Positions 14,628 through 34,245 of a DNA stretch of 64,000 nt are shown in pieces. How positions within the stretch are numbered: the stretch's first letter is position 1; the number at the start of each line of letters is the position of its first letter. Made by a program: the position numbers and the translations under genes. The DNA comes from the human T2T-CHM13v2.0 reference genome, Homo sapiens. The notes beneath the pieces are model-generated. The model had not been told where the DNA came from and searched no databases. It worked only from the letters and a program-made list of their open reading frames with translations. The DNA lies in assembly GCF_009914755.1 (NCBI RefSeq), contig NC_060925.1, one strand, 5' to 3'.

Positions 14628-14686
14628 GGGTGGTCCATCACTTGCAAACGTGAATATTGCTATTGCCTCAGGCTACCTCATTTCTG
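14628..14686 (+). CDS. TLCD4: TLCD4 coding exon 3; (W)GGPSLANVNIAIASGYLIS(D)
   Basis: Poly-T tract + cAG acceptor; G|GTATGT donor; 59 nt; frame consistent; GYxxxD TLC motif. Confidence 0.95.
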
Positions 14687-15395
14687 GTATGTGAGATGTT
14701 GTTTTATTGTCTAATTCCTTGTAAACTACTCACGGAATTATACAAAGAATATATAGTCTATGCTTTTGGTTTATTTGAGAGATAGCATTTAGGAAGCATA
14801 CAGAGGAAAAAAATACCTCCCATGATGGTAGAACATGAAATGTCTTTTCATGAAATGGTTTTCTGTTTCTCACTGAAGATCAGAGTTACAGAGTGATGCC
14901 TCAAACAACTGAGGCCTGGACATTTTTTATCAGCAAGGATATGGTCCCTCTTTGTCCTAATGAGGCTCTTAAGTGTAATGACTGTGAAACTAACGAAATT
15001 TAACTTTTAGGGTCCCTCACTTGCAAGAGTTCTTGAAATGTGTTCCAGTAGTCATGGTTTTGTGTTGTTTTTGTAAAATTTGCAGAAGTAAGCTTTTTTC
15101 TTTGTTTTTCTTTTTAATAGTTATAGTTTTTGGTGGCGTCACTATTTTGAATTAGTATTTAATTGCATTCTTTTTTATTTTTAAAATATTTTTTGTACGA
15201 TTTGTTTTATAAATGAGTTGGTCATTTTGTACCTTCCCTATGACCATCTTATCTCTGTTTGAATTATTGTAGTGACAAAAATCAGTCACTTAAGCTTATT
15301 TAAAATTATTTCTATTCAATAATATTTTTTGTTTATTTTAACTCTGGAAACAAGTTATTCATTTATGCTTTCAACAAATATTATATTACATATGA

Positions 15396-15474
15396 TTAGG
15401 TTGGTACAAAAGTAATTGCAGTTTTTGTGATTAAAAATAATGGCAAAAATCACAGTTACTTTTGCACCAACCTA
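15396..15474. mobile_element. MADE1 (Hsmar1-derived MITE) inserted in an L2 fragment
   Basis: ttaggttggtacaaaagtaattgcagttttt...aaaaatcacagttacttttgcaccaaccta, an ~80-bp palindromic element. Confidence 0.9.
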
Positions 15475-15744
15475 CATGCCAGGCCTTGTGCTAGATTCTG
15501 AGGGTTTAAAGATGCTCACAACCTGGCCCTTGTCTTAGAGGAGCCACAGGAGTGTGGATGAGACAGGCATATAGGAGCAGAGATTTTATGGTAAAGTAGA
15601 TAATCAGACTAACTGAGGGATGAACAAAGTGCTGTGGGCTCAGAGTGGACAGTGATGAGTTGGCAGGAGAAAGAGTTCAATACATTTGAAAAACAGTGCA
15701 ACTTTCTTCTTATGTAATACCTTACTCACTTTTCTTTCTTACAG

Positions 15745-15839
15745 ATTTGTCCATTATAATTTTGTATTGGAAAGTGATTGGTGACAAATTTTTTATAATG
15801 CATCATTGTGCGTCCCTGTATGCATACTACCTTGTACTG
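15745..15839 (+). CDS. TLCD4: TLCD4 coding exon 4; (D)LSIIILYWKVIGDKFFIMHHCASLYAYYLVL
   Basis: tttcttacAG acceptor; CTG|GTGAGT donor; 95 nt; contains the TLC HH dyad; overlaps ORF track 15696..15890. Confidence 0.95.
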
Positions 15840-17494
15840 GTGAGTTCCAGGATTTTCTGTAGCCTAACTAGCAGACAAGATTGGGAATAGTGATGTAAAG
15901 GTGAACATAAATCTAAACATACAATTCTTAGTTTTTAAAGACCATCTCCAGATGCATTCAGGGATTGCTTTTGTGGTATGCTATCTTCTGTATTAACTAA
16001 AATAATACCTTTATGTGTGTCTGTGTTGGTGTTGGTGTGTCTGTTTGTATTCATAGATTTTGAGACAGACAAATGACCCTAATTCTTTGAATTTCCATTT
16101 AAAACCTTCAGGATTGTTGTAGCTATAGATATTTGTCTGTATTTCTAGATGCATTTATGATTTAACAGCAAAGAGTATGAGCCAGCGAAAATATTTCTTT
16201 TCTGTTTAATTCCATGTGCAATTACATATACATAATTACATTTAAGTAGGTTGGAGCAGTGGAGAAATCTTGCTCAGACTTTTTCAGAATTCCAAGACCA
16301 AGGTTAATAGAGGATTCTTCCAACAGATCTCAGGCAGTAAAGCATATTAAATTATATATCTAAAATTTCTACATATACATATGTAAACTAGCAACTTTAT
16401 ATTCCTTGTATGTTTGTTAGGTTTCTCTAGAATCAATTGTTTTTCAACATAAATATACCAACAAGCTCAAGGTAGATATTGCAACTGCAATTTTTTTCAT
16501 AAAGATGGTTGCTTTTTTGATATGTCTATGTTCTGTTGTTATAGTTTAAAATTTGTCTTTTAAAGTGAATCTATTCATAGGGAAACAAAATAGGAAAAGT
16601 TAGATGAAATGATGAATGTTAACAGATGCTATAAGGATCCTATGTTATTTACCAATCTTACAGTAGTTACTCATTGACTATAAGAAGGTTTTTTTCTATG
16701 CAGTGAATTCCCAGGTCATTTTGTGCATTTTGTTATTCCAAGTAAAGCTAACAAAAATAATAATAATTATAATTTTGGGGGGGTAAATGATCATGAAATT
16801 CTTATCACTTATGCAATAATGAGAACTTGTATTTGGAAAGCACTTTGACTTAATACTTATGTAACCATTTAAGCTGTTTGCAGTAAGCTTTTTTTCTTAA
16901 ATGATTTTGTTATTAGAACCAAAGTAAAACTTAAAGTGATGAATAGAAGCAAGTTCCCTGCAGTTTTAAAATGTATCCTTACTGAAGAAATAGTTGAAAA
17001 GTAAGATTCTTTGGAATTTAAGGTATTATAGGTTATATAATGTCTTGATTGCTATTTTTGTATCTTTCTACTATATTTACTGACGTTTTGAAATTCTCTG
17101 GCAAAGTAATTTAGAGCTTAATGAATCCTCTTCTGTCTATATAGAGAGGTACAAATCCTACAGCCTTTTTTCCTGATACTCATCTTTCACCCCTGGAGCA
17201 GGATACTAATTATCAAATAAACCTGACAAGCTGATCTCTTATTCTAAGAGAAATGAACACATTTATGCTTTAATCCTCAATTTTTAAGGACAAACTACCA
17301 TCCTTTGTACACCCTTTCTGACTACATTGATAGCCTTCACTTTTTGTGTATGTGTTCCTTGTGAATCACTTCTTTCTCCAATTAAACCATGCCTTTAGAT
17401 AATGAGTTAGAATATATTTGGAAAACATTTAAACTTGAAAATCATTCAATATGCATCAATTTCCAAGCCCACCATATTATTATTATTTATTTTC

Positions 17495-17756
17495 TTTTTT
17501 TTTTGAGATGGAGTCTTGCTCTGTCACCAGGCTGGAGTGCAGTGGTGTGATCCTGGCTGGGCAGAAGGGATAATGGGGAATTACTGTTTAATGGTACAGA
17601 GTTTCCATTTGGGAATATGGAAAGTTCTGGAGATGGATGGTGGTGATGGTTGTATAACAAAATGAATGTACTTAATGCCACTGAATTGTACACTTAAAAG
17701 TTGTCAAAAGGGTAAATTTTATGTCATATATATTTTGCCATAATAAAAATGTTAAA
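17495..17756. mobile_element. Short antisense Alu 3' fragment abutting a sense L1M 3' end
   Basis: Alu tail and ~55 nt of right arm, then an L1MB/MC-type 3'UTR ending gccactgaattgtacacttaaaa...aataaaaa. Confidence 0.7.
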
Positions 17757-17849
17757 GCAAGCTTATGAGATAACTGAAACAAAGTTAGGAAGGAGAACTA
17801 ATAACATATTGGACAATGTTATTACATTTTTAGAAAGGCTTCATCCTAA

Positions 17850-18562
17850 CTATAAACTGAAACAAATGGGTGGAACTTAATAGTGATAAATGTTAAGTTT
17901 TGCATTTAGGTTCAACGATGCATAAGGATAAAGAATGACCTGGAGGTGGTAGATGATTGCATCTCAGTTATGCCAATTTATCACATCTGCTAAAACAGAA
18001 AGCTTTTTCAAATTTAGATTCTATTAGAGGAGGCCTGGTATCCAATTCACACGTAGTTTGCCCAGTCAGACCACATCCAAGACCATCATCATCTGAAGTC
18101 CCTAAACTTGCATGTATCTGGAAGAGAGCTGCTAGTTAACTGTAGAGAGGAGATATTAGATTAGGTAGCTATTGTCTTATAACAAACAATTGAAGGACCT
18201 GGAGATGTCAGCCTAGAAAAGCTAAGAACTAGAAGGACATGATGGCCTTGAAATGTCCCTGGAAATGTGAAAGGACTACTAAGTGGAAGGGGGAGTAGAC
18301 TTATTCTGGATTGATTCTGATGTTGGGACTAGGACCAATGGGGTGGTAAAGAGAGGTAGGGGAGACTTCTATTTTATGGAAGAAAGACATCCTCAGTGAT
18401 TGGAAGATTATCACAATGGAAAGGCCTTTTAAAGTGGCTATTCTACCATAAGATAGCTTTAGTCAGATAGATATAAAAGTAGATACAATCAGCAGAAGCT
18501 TTAGGTAGGAGCTTGCACTAAATAATCTTTAAGGTTCTATTCTAATTCTGAGATTCTGTGAT
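17850..18562 (+). mobile_element. L3/CR1 LINE fragment
   Basis: CR1-like segment (ttaatagtgataaatgttaagttttgcatttagg) and 3' end ttctaattctgagattctgtgat. Confidence 0.6.
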
Positions 18563-19250
18563 GCACCTGTTTTGTTGAAATGATTTGATTTAGTTCTGAT
18601 GCAAGAAAACTAGACAATGGGGGAATTAACAATAAGCTAAGTTATGTCACCAAGTTCTTAAGTAACCCTAGGAGGAAGAGGTGAAAGCAGCTGGCCTGCC
18701 AATCCATTCACTTCCTTGGGGGACAGGAGGGGAGAAAAAGAAGGCACGTGGCCCAGTCTAATCTCCTTGTCAACAGGACTTAGGATAAATTGAGTACTGA
18801 TGTTTGTTAGGAAGAAGAAACATTAACTCTGAAATGCCCTTAGCAGTGTGTCCCTGGGTAAGGATTACCTATAGTAAAGAGAACCCAGTATCTATAAGGC
18901 ACAGCTCATTGGAGAAGGTCATGTAGGCACACAGCAAGGAAATAAATAACTGGGTTGCCAGTGGCCCTTGATGTCCCAGACCTCTCTCTGCTTCATTTGA
19001 ATTATTTGATGGTCTCTATCTTTGTAACATTTAGTAGAGCTTAATGCTAGGTAGGAACACTGTTTCACATGAGTCTGATTTGGCAGTCCAGTCCTGTGTG
19101 TTAGCTCAAACCTTCATCTCTGTCTTATAAGCAAATAATCAAAAACCTTGAATGATTACAATTAAGCAAATAATTATTAAACATAGTAATAGATTTTGTT
19201 TCCAAACCTCAATTCTAGGTTGATGGTACCCTGAAACGGTTTCCATTAAT

Positions 19251-19321
19251 AGGTAATAGACTGACCCAGAGTCTCAAGCACGATTGAAATGTGCTTGAGA
19301 CTCTGGGTCAGTCTATTACCT
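19251..19321. repeat. Perfect 31-bp inverted repeat with 9-nt spacer
   Basis: aggtaatagactgacccagagtctcaagcac / gattgaaat / gtgcttgagactctgggtcagtctattacct. Confidence 0.97.
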
Positions 19322-19423
19322 GTTAAAAAATGCCCCATCATTGCCACTATAGAACACGGTCACGTTTTTACACAGGATTCCAATTTGGGATGCCCAGAAC
19401 TTATTTCCTACCAACATATAGTC

Positions 19424-19469
19424 GTAGTGTAGTGTAGTGCAGTGCAGTGCAGTGTAGTGTAGTATAGTA
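19424..19469. repeat. (GTAGT/GCAGT)n pentanucleotide microsatellite
   Basis: About 9 imperfect pentamer units. Confidence 0.85.
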
Positions 19470-21994
19470 GGGAAAGGGTGCCCATTTCTGTCCAGGCCTT
19501 TGGTGGTAGAACAGTCAGTATTTAGTACCATACTAGCAGTAGTAGGTGCATAATTTAGTTCTCTTTTCCCCCCCACCTTATAAACCTCTGGTCTTAGCCA
19601 CTCTTAGCTGGTAGAAAAATTTCCCATAGTAAGAAAATCCAGACTTCCATAATCGCTTGCTAAAAGGAGAATTTTCTTTTAAGCTGCGGAAGGGATCAGA
19701 AAAATCCTGTTTTGTTTCCCCTCACAGTCATGCAGAGGCCATGGCAAATGTAGATTTTACTCTATGCAAAGCTCCTTAAAGGTAGATGACAGAGTAGAGA
19801 CACCACACTAACCATAAATAACTTGTGAGTTTTGCCATAATTTACCAACAATAAAGTATCAGAATTTGTAATTATTTAAAAATATTATAGAAAGATTTAA
19901 TCCTATCCCTTTAATAGCATCTATCTCATTTGTATTTTAGTAGGTTTTCTTGAATAGGAGAGAAAAGGATAAAGTAACAAGGAATTATGCATAACCTGAA
20001 TCTTATCTAATGGCCACCTATGCTGATGGACGTATGTGTCACATGTGATGCTATCTGTCATTGGATTAAATGGGCCCAGAGTCATTGATATATTGACGGG
20101 TACAGGATCAGAAAATATAGACTCAAGATTACTGAAGCATAGTTCTGCACCCCAGTGTGACTCACAGAGGTTTTTTTTTTTTTTAAGATTTTTTTATTTT
20201 TCTTTTTTTCCTACTGGCAGGATCAACCAGGTATTACAGAGATTTTGAGCTAAGGAGGGTGGGGGATAGGGGATAACAATAGGATAGAATGAGTGGTTTC
20301 AATTAGGGATGTACGATTTAAATATAAGATACTATTTAAAAATTAAAGTGTCATCCAGGGATCAATCAGTAATACTGTAGTAATTTAAGGAATGGAAAGA
20401 TCATTGTGTTAATTTCTGTTAATTTTTCTTCTGAATATAGATGTTGGTAAAAAAAAAATTGAGTTTGTAGAAATACTGGGCTTAGTAAGTATAATGTTTT
20501 CTAGGTCTGATTCTCCAGAGATAACTACTGATAGTACTTGATGTATATTCTTGCAGTTTATATAAGTTTTACATAAATGTTCATATGTATATTTATGCCT
20601 TTTTGATTCTAAGAGAGCTTTTGAGATAGATGGGATTTAAACCCAGCCTTCAAAAATATGCATATTTAGGTTGGAAAAAAAAGTAGGGAAGGCTTTCTAG
20701 GTCAGAAAACATTTTGAGGAAAGTCACTGAGGAGATGTCAGATCTTCATGGGTGATACTGAGGACTTGGGGTGTCAGGGTATGGGATTTGTGTAGACATG
20801 GGTGATGGTTGTACATATGGATGAGTAAGATAGGGCCAGCTGATAGGTGGAGTGAAAATTCAGACTCACCAGCCCTGCATTTTTGCTTTTCACGGAATGG
20901 TTGTAGGATCTTTGGCCAGAAAATAACTTGATACAATTGGCATGTTAGAAAAATAAAGCTGATGATGATATGCAGAAAAAAATCTGATTGGGGAAGAGGA
21001 TATCTTTTAGGAGGTGCTTGAAGTAATATAGGTGACAGATTACAAAGAAGCTAATTTTGATGGTTATAGTGGTGGTTATATTAATGAGGAAGAAACAAAT
21101 CTGACTCATTTTGCAGTGAGTAGAGCACAATATCTAATTTGGATTTCAGAGAAGGAAGGGAAAGAAAAGACCAAAATGATCCAGAGCACTAGAGGAAGAT
21201 GACACCATGGAAGGAAATGGGAGAAGCAGTTTGGAGAGATACTGTGAGATGTTAAGAGGTTTTTGGAGATGCATGGCTATCCCAGGGGAAAGTGGCCCAT
21301 ATGCCATTAGAAATGAAGGTTTGTGTAAAGGGCAGTGCAGTCAGGGTCAGGGACCAGAAGAAGAATGATCAGGCAAAGGATAACTCGGAAGGTAGAAAGA
21401 GAACCATAAAAGAATGCATTTGGAAATCAGTGGTTTCCAAAAGCAATATTGGAAGCAATATTCCCTAAAAGCAATATTGTAAATAAAAAGCTGAGATAAA
21501 TAATGTTTTAGCAGAGGCCATTTAAAAAAGCTGTTTTAGGTAATTCATTTTTATTTGAGGATTAGGAAACATTGACAAGCAAAAAGAAAAAATGATGCCC
21601 CAATCTCACAACCTATATAATTATATTATTTACTTACTTAACATTTACTTTTAGGAATGTACTTTTTTCCTATATACATACGGGTTTATGCATATGTCAA
21701 AAACAGCATTTCTCATATAAATATATAATATGTATATTACAAAAATGTGATCAAAACTAAAATTTAAATTTTCATTTTACATATTGAAGTGGTTCTGGCA
21801 ATCTTGGGTCAGAAAGCAAGGAACCTATCAAAGACTAATGGGACTGTGTCAGAAGGACACAAGATCCAATATGAAGGCTCTTCTGTTGGCTTAAAATGTG
21901 ACATTTTGATCATCAATTAGAATAATGACTGTGGTTGATTGAAATCCATTGACTCGTAAGTTCTTAATTATATTTTTAAAAAATGAAAGGAGAA

Positions 21995-22400
21995 AGCAAG
22001 CCAGTTGGGCAGTCTTGCTTGACGTCTCATGTGGGTGCTGTTAAATGGCAGTTGAGGCTGGAATTATCTAAAGGCTCATTGGTAGGAGTTCAGTGGGAGA
22101 GTATCTATATGTGGTCCTTCCGTGTAGCTTGGGCTTCTCACAGCCTCATAATTGTGTTCTGAACAACATTTCAAGAGTAATTGTTCCAAGAGACCCAGGA
22201 GGAAGCCGCAAGACTTCTTAGGACCTGGCTTCAGAAGACTTACTACATAGGTAATTCCAGTATATTCTATTTATCAAGTGAGTTGCTAAGGGCAGTTCAG
22301 ATTTAAGAGGTAGGAAATAAGACCACCTCTTGATACGAGGAACATTTTGCACATACAGGGAGGGAAGGAATTGATGTGGCCCTGTTCAGACACTATCCGT
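21995..22400 (-). mobile_element. Old MaLR LTR (MLT1-like) fragment
   Basis: Degenerate MLT1-type motifs (gcttgggcttctcacagc, ttccaagagacccaggaggaagc). Confidence 0.5.
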
Positions 22401-22589
22401 ATCTTGATTTGTCAATGTTGGGTAATAATGTTAGATAGTATTTTCTTGCTGTGGTGGACAAGAATTTAATGTTCATACCTCTATTTGCCTTCCCTTCTTC
22501 CTCCCAATGTAGTTAGGGAATGCTAGTTGTCACTCAGTTCCTTTTAAAACTTTAAGTATTCTTATTTCTGGTCCTATAGCACCCCTTGA

Positions 22590-22895
<306 letters not shown>

Positions 22896-22906
22896 TCTTG
22901 ATACTT

Positions 22907-29036
<6,130 letters not shown>

Positions 29037-29753
29037 CCTCTTGATACTTTTAAAAATGAAGATATTAGTGCCCCAATTTTTTCTTCTACTTCTCTACCTC
29101 CTACTTTGCTTCTCAGTTTTTATCACTTGTACTTTTGTATTGCTGAGAATTAAAAATATCTACTTTGTATTCTGTAATCATAGTTTTTCTTTGTAGTCAG
29201 TTGATCTACACATAGAAAATCAGTAAAATATTTATTATGATTGTATTAAAATAGTTGATTGCAGGACCCAGATTACATTTTCTGTGTAATTTTTTTGGAG
29301 TTTCTAATTGCCTTCCTTTTTTCCCCCCATCATTTGCCTTTACTACATATTTGAGTAGCTTCATATCCTCAAGGATACTACTCCATCTCTGCAACCGTCT
29401 TTTCCCAGCTCCCACATACCTGCTCCAGGAGTTTGCTGTTCTGCTGCAGTCTGAACAGATTGCTGACTGTGCTGCTGCCCAGTGGCCTGGGGCTCCCTGT
29501 CATTCCAATCTTGGGCTGAAGTCACTGTTTCCTCAATCCCATGTCTTTGACTTTCTTGTTTATTCACTCATTTTGCTGCAGCATATCCTCAAATGATACC
29601 TAAGAAAGCGAAGGAGGTAAACTGAGTCTGTTGAAAGTTCTGAAGATGTTTTTATTCTCAGACTATCTGGTGGTATCATTATCTCTACTGGTGGCATATG
29701 GATATGTAATAACATTTAACCAATGACTATTGTTATGTGTTTCAGTGTCATAG

Positions 29754-30182
<429 letters not shown>

Positions 30183-31139
30183 TAAGGATATTGATTCATT
30201 CTGCCAAAATTCTCTTCAGAGAACCATTGTGTAACTGGTTCTTTTCATCAAGAGGCTGCTTGGTTTCTGTTGTTTGTTTTATTTTTGTTTTGTGAAGACT
30301 GCAGTTAACAGGGATCAGGAACTCTGAAAAGGGTTGGCTAGAAGAGTCTTTACCTGAGCAATGTGGAAATGATACTGGGAAAGAAAATAAACATATACTG
30401 TCTGTAAATATCAGAAGGTTTATATGAAAAAGAGATTGGATTCAATTAAGTTTTTTGGGTTGTGAGGATCAGAAGTAGGACAGGCAGGTGGAAATCTGAG
30501 AGAGCAGTATAGTTTTGGAACTTTTGAATAGCAGTCCCAGGTTGCAGTGAGCTGCTTACACTTCTCACTATGGGGTAGTCCACCCTAAGCTGAGGGCAAA
30601 CTGGAAGAGCTTTTGTGGGTGGGATTTAAAAATCTATGGGTAATAGAAAGTAGGTAATTTTCAGAGGCCATTTCAACCATGCCACACTGTGGTATGATGA
30701 ACATAAAGTCATCATGAACACAGTTAAGTTTAGGTTGGATGAAATATATTATAGTTGTGCAAAGTGAGATGAAAAGCTGACAAAAACCATAGGATCAATA
30801 AAACAGTTTAGTTTACCCTTAGAAGTATTAATTTTCCTTTTCATCCTGGATGCTTTTCTGCAACAAGTAGAAAGTAACAACTACTTTTGGAGGGTGATTT
30901 GTTCACGTAAGGTTATCTTTTATAGTAAAATAGCAGTGTTCATTAGTAGTGCATCCAGTCCTTCCTGACTGTAATGATCTGTCTAATCATCCATTCCTCC
31001 CCATCATCCAGGCCTGAACCTTAGACCTGTGTGGTCACCCTTGCATCAGTAACTAGGTGTGAATGATTGCACCTAGGCAGGAAGGAATAGGCCGTTTTAG
31101 GCCTTGTCTTTATAATAAGAAAATTTACCTTGTTCAGTT

Positions 31140-31432
31140 GTTTTTTTAGAGACAAAGTCTCACTCTGTCACCCACGCTGGAGTACAGTGGTGCAGTCATA
31201 GCTTGCTATGGCCTTAACTCCTGAGCTCAAGTGATCCTCCTGCCTCAGCCTCCTGAGTAGCTGGGACTATAGGCACACGCCACCATGCCTGGCTAATTAA
31301 AAAAAAAAATTTTTTTGTAGACGTGGGGTCTTACTATGTTGACCAGGCTGGCCCAGAATTCCTGATCTCAAGCGATCCTCCTGCCTCAACCTCCTAAAGT
31401 GTTGGGATTATATGCATGAGCCACTGTACCTA
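31140..31432 (-). mobile_element. AluJ-like
   Basis: Reverse Alu consensus. Confidence 0.85.
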
Positions 31433-31836
31433 GTTCTTTTTCCTCTTTTGAGTGCCTTCTCTTTTGAGTGCCGCATACTGATGGCCATCAGTATTTTTCC
31501 TGATGGCCCTCAGTATGCGTCTCATTTTATTCTCATGTCAGTCTTGCTATAAAGATGGCATTGTGCCCATTTTACAAAAGGAGAAACCGAAATTTAGATT
31601 AGCTTTGCCCCAAGTTGCCACCAGAGCTAGGATTCAAATCCTGCCCTCCATACCACAGGCGTATTGTCATTAACTGTCTCCGCCTCCCAAAACTTAATTG
31701 CTTTTAACTATCCCTGCCTCCCAAAATGTAATTGCTTAATTATAATAATAATTTGCTCAAATAGAGGAAGTTTTAAAAAGTTTGCCAATAAATATTTCTG
31801 GAAATTCTGTCAGCATTGGGATATAGTGGTGGTATC

Positions 31837-32424
31837 TGTTGGGAAACGCTGAGTGTTGGGAGAGAAGCTGAGGCAGGGCTTGCATGTCTGACATAATGTA
31901 AGAGAGTCTTGGAACATGTGCGGGGTCCAGGGTCTAAAACCCCTTGTGGCCTTTGGAACACCAAGCTCTGTGCCAAAGGGTGGAAGGCTACCCTGACGCA
32001 CCGTAATCTAAGCCCAGGGCATAAAACCGCTTGTGGCTTGGATAGAATCCAAGGCTCCTGGCTCTGGAATGTGTCTAGACTTGCTGGCTCCTTGCTCCTT
32101 GCTCTCCCAGGATCGATTGTATCTTGAGTTAAAAGAACCTGCTCTCCATTATCTCAAGTAGCAGAGCATATGCTAAACCATCACAGCTGTAAATCATGTG
32201 CTTAATGTAACGCTCCCTTTCGACCCCCACATTCTCACCACCTGTTTCTTTGTTTGATCACCAATAAATAGTCTGGGCTTCCAGAGCTCAGGGTCTTTGC
32301 AGCCTCCATACTTAGTGTTGGCCCCCTGGACCCACTTTCTCTCGTAAACTGTCTTTTTTCATTCCTTTGACTCCGCCAGACTTCGTCACCCCCACGACCT
32401 GGTGTTGGGACCATCACCCCAACA
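31837..32424 (+). mobile_element. Solo ERVK-class LTR, LTR14B-like (HERV-K14), 588 bp
   Basis: TGTTGGG...CCCCAACA inverted termini; TSD gtatc (31832-36 / 32425-29); AATAAA at 32263-32268; body resembles the recalled LTR14B consensus. Confidence 0.85.
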
Positions 32425-32955
32425 GTATCAAATGGCATTCTTAGACACTTCCATCTATCGTTAATTTTAACTCTCTCGTTTTATGTTTTATAAAGTGATG
32501 AGGACAATGATGGTAGTAATGGCAGCCATATAGTCCTAACAACAGCCCTGTTTAAAAGTATTAACCATTCATTATAGATTTCTTGGAATAGGATCAGAGG
32601 AGTTCAGTAATAGGCACAAGGTTACACAGCTAGTAAGGTCAGAGCTATAACCCTGGTTTGTCTTTCTTTTAGACTACATCCTATTGCTCCTTAGTTTGCA
32701 AGTGTGCTCACTGTCTGCTTCTAGATGTTTTACTTCTGTTACAATGGTCCCACATTCCCCTGCCTCTTCTACTTGCTTACCCACTTTTACCAGCCTTGCT
32801 TCACTAACTCTAAATGTATCAGTGTTTGGAGATTCAGACATTTTTATTTTCTCATAACAAATTTGATAACTTCTAATTCTGTTCCACTGATATCTTTATG
32901 AGATTAAAATCTGGATGGCTTTCTCCTTTTCTTTTGGAATGAAATGTGAGTGAGC

Positions 32956-33075
32956 TTTTTTTTTTTTTTTTTTTTTTTTTTAAGAGACGGGGTCTCACTA
33001 ATGTTGCCTTGGCTGGGCTCAAATGATCCTCCTGCCTCTGCTGGCATTATAGGCATGAACCACCACCTCCAGCCA
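32956..33075 (-). mobile_element. Alu monomer (FLAM-like), internally deleted
   Basis: Poly-T plus left-arm sequence. Confidence 0.7.
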
Positions 33076-33535
33076 AAGGCTAATATTCTGATAATCCTCT
33101 CTCCCACTCAGAAATAGGCCTGAAGGACTCTTGGGATTTTGACTTTAGAGGTGATGTGCTTGTTTAACAGCACTGAGAAGGCAAGGTTCAACTCAGGAAA
33201 CATGGGCCAGGCACTGTGTAAGGCTTTATGGATATAACAGTGAATAAGGAACAGGAAATGTAGATATTTGCAAGGAGCTAAGTACTCTCACAGATAAGCA
33301 GAGAGATCTGCGGAGCCAATTGACTGGGGGTTCTCCCAGCTAAGAGTTAAGGGGTCAGGAAAAACTTTTCTAGAGGAATGTAGCAGGTCCACCTTAAGAG
33401 CTGTGCAGTCTGGGGTGGGTGTTTGTAAACCTTTGCTCAGCGCAGTTTCTGAGAAGTAGGGAGCTAGCTCCTTGGGGCTTATAGATCGCTGGCTATTTCT
33501 AGACTAGGAAAGCACTTCTCTCACTTTAACGTACC

Positions 33536-33698
33536 TTGGACTCACCTGGAGGGCCTGCAAAACACAGCTGCTGTTCCCACCCCTCATGGTTTCCCATTCA
33601 GTATGTCTTGGATGGGGCCCTGGAATATGCATATCTAGCAAGTTCCCAGGTCATGCTGATGCTGCTTATCTGGGAACTACACGAGAACCATTGGGCTA
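33536..33698. mobile_element. MER5A hAT MITE
   Basis: gcatatctagcaagttcccaggtcatgctgatgctgct...gagaaccattgggcta. Confidence 0.75.
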
Positions 33699-34082
33699 GA
33701 AGTACTAGAACTAACCATTCTCTTTGGGAAGAGGAGAGAGGAATTAGAAGAGCCAAGATGTTATGCCCAACTTTTTTCAAATTCAAGAGACAATTTCCTC
33801 AAAGCATGGAAAATTTGCATTTTGGCCAAAGTTGTTTAGATGAACATAACATCAAATTTACCATTTTTACACTGACTCTTTTAATACTTAATGAAAATCA
33901 TGAAGTCAGGTTTTATCTGATATTAATTTGGTACTTTGGTTAATACTTTTAATTCTTTACCAGTATGAAAGGAGTTGGAAAAAGTAATCTTTTAAATTCT
34001 CAAAAAAGGTCTTAAATATAGTATACTTCATGATTTTTTTTTATTTTTAAAGTTAATATTAACTAGAGAGAAATTTTTAGAA

Positions 34083-34245
34083 TTTTTTTAAAGAAACGGT
34101 TTTGCTGTGTCACCTAGGCTGGTATGCAGTAGTGTGATCACAGCTCACAGCCACACCCTCAAACTTCTGGGTTCACATGATCTTCCTGCCTTAGCCTTCT
34201 GAGTAGCTGAGTCAGACTACAGGTGTGCACCATTGCGCCCAGCCT
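34083..34245 (-). mobile_element. Alu right-arm monomer
   Basis: Degenerate reverse Alu arm. Confidence 0.7.

Noticed and set aside
21441-21478. Three copies of aagcaatatt
   Set aside because: Short AT-rich slippage repeat with no functional cue.
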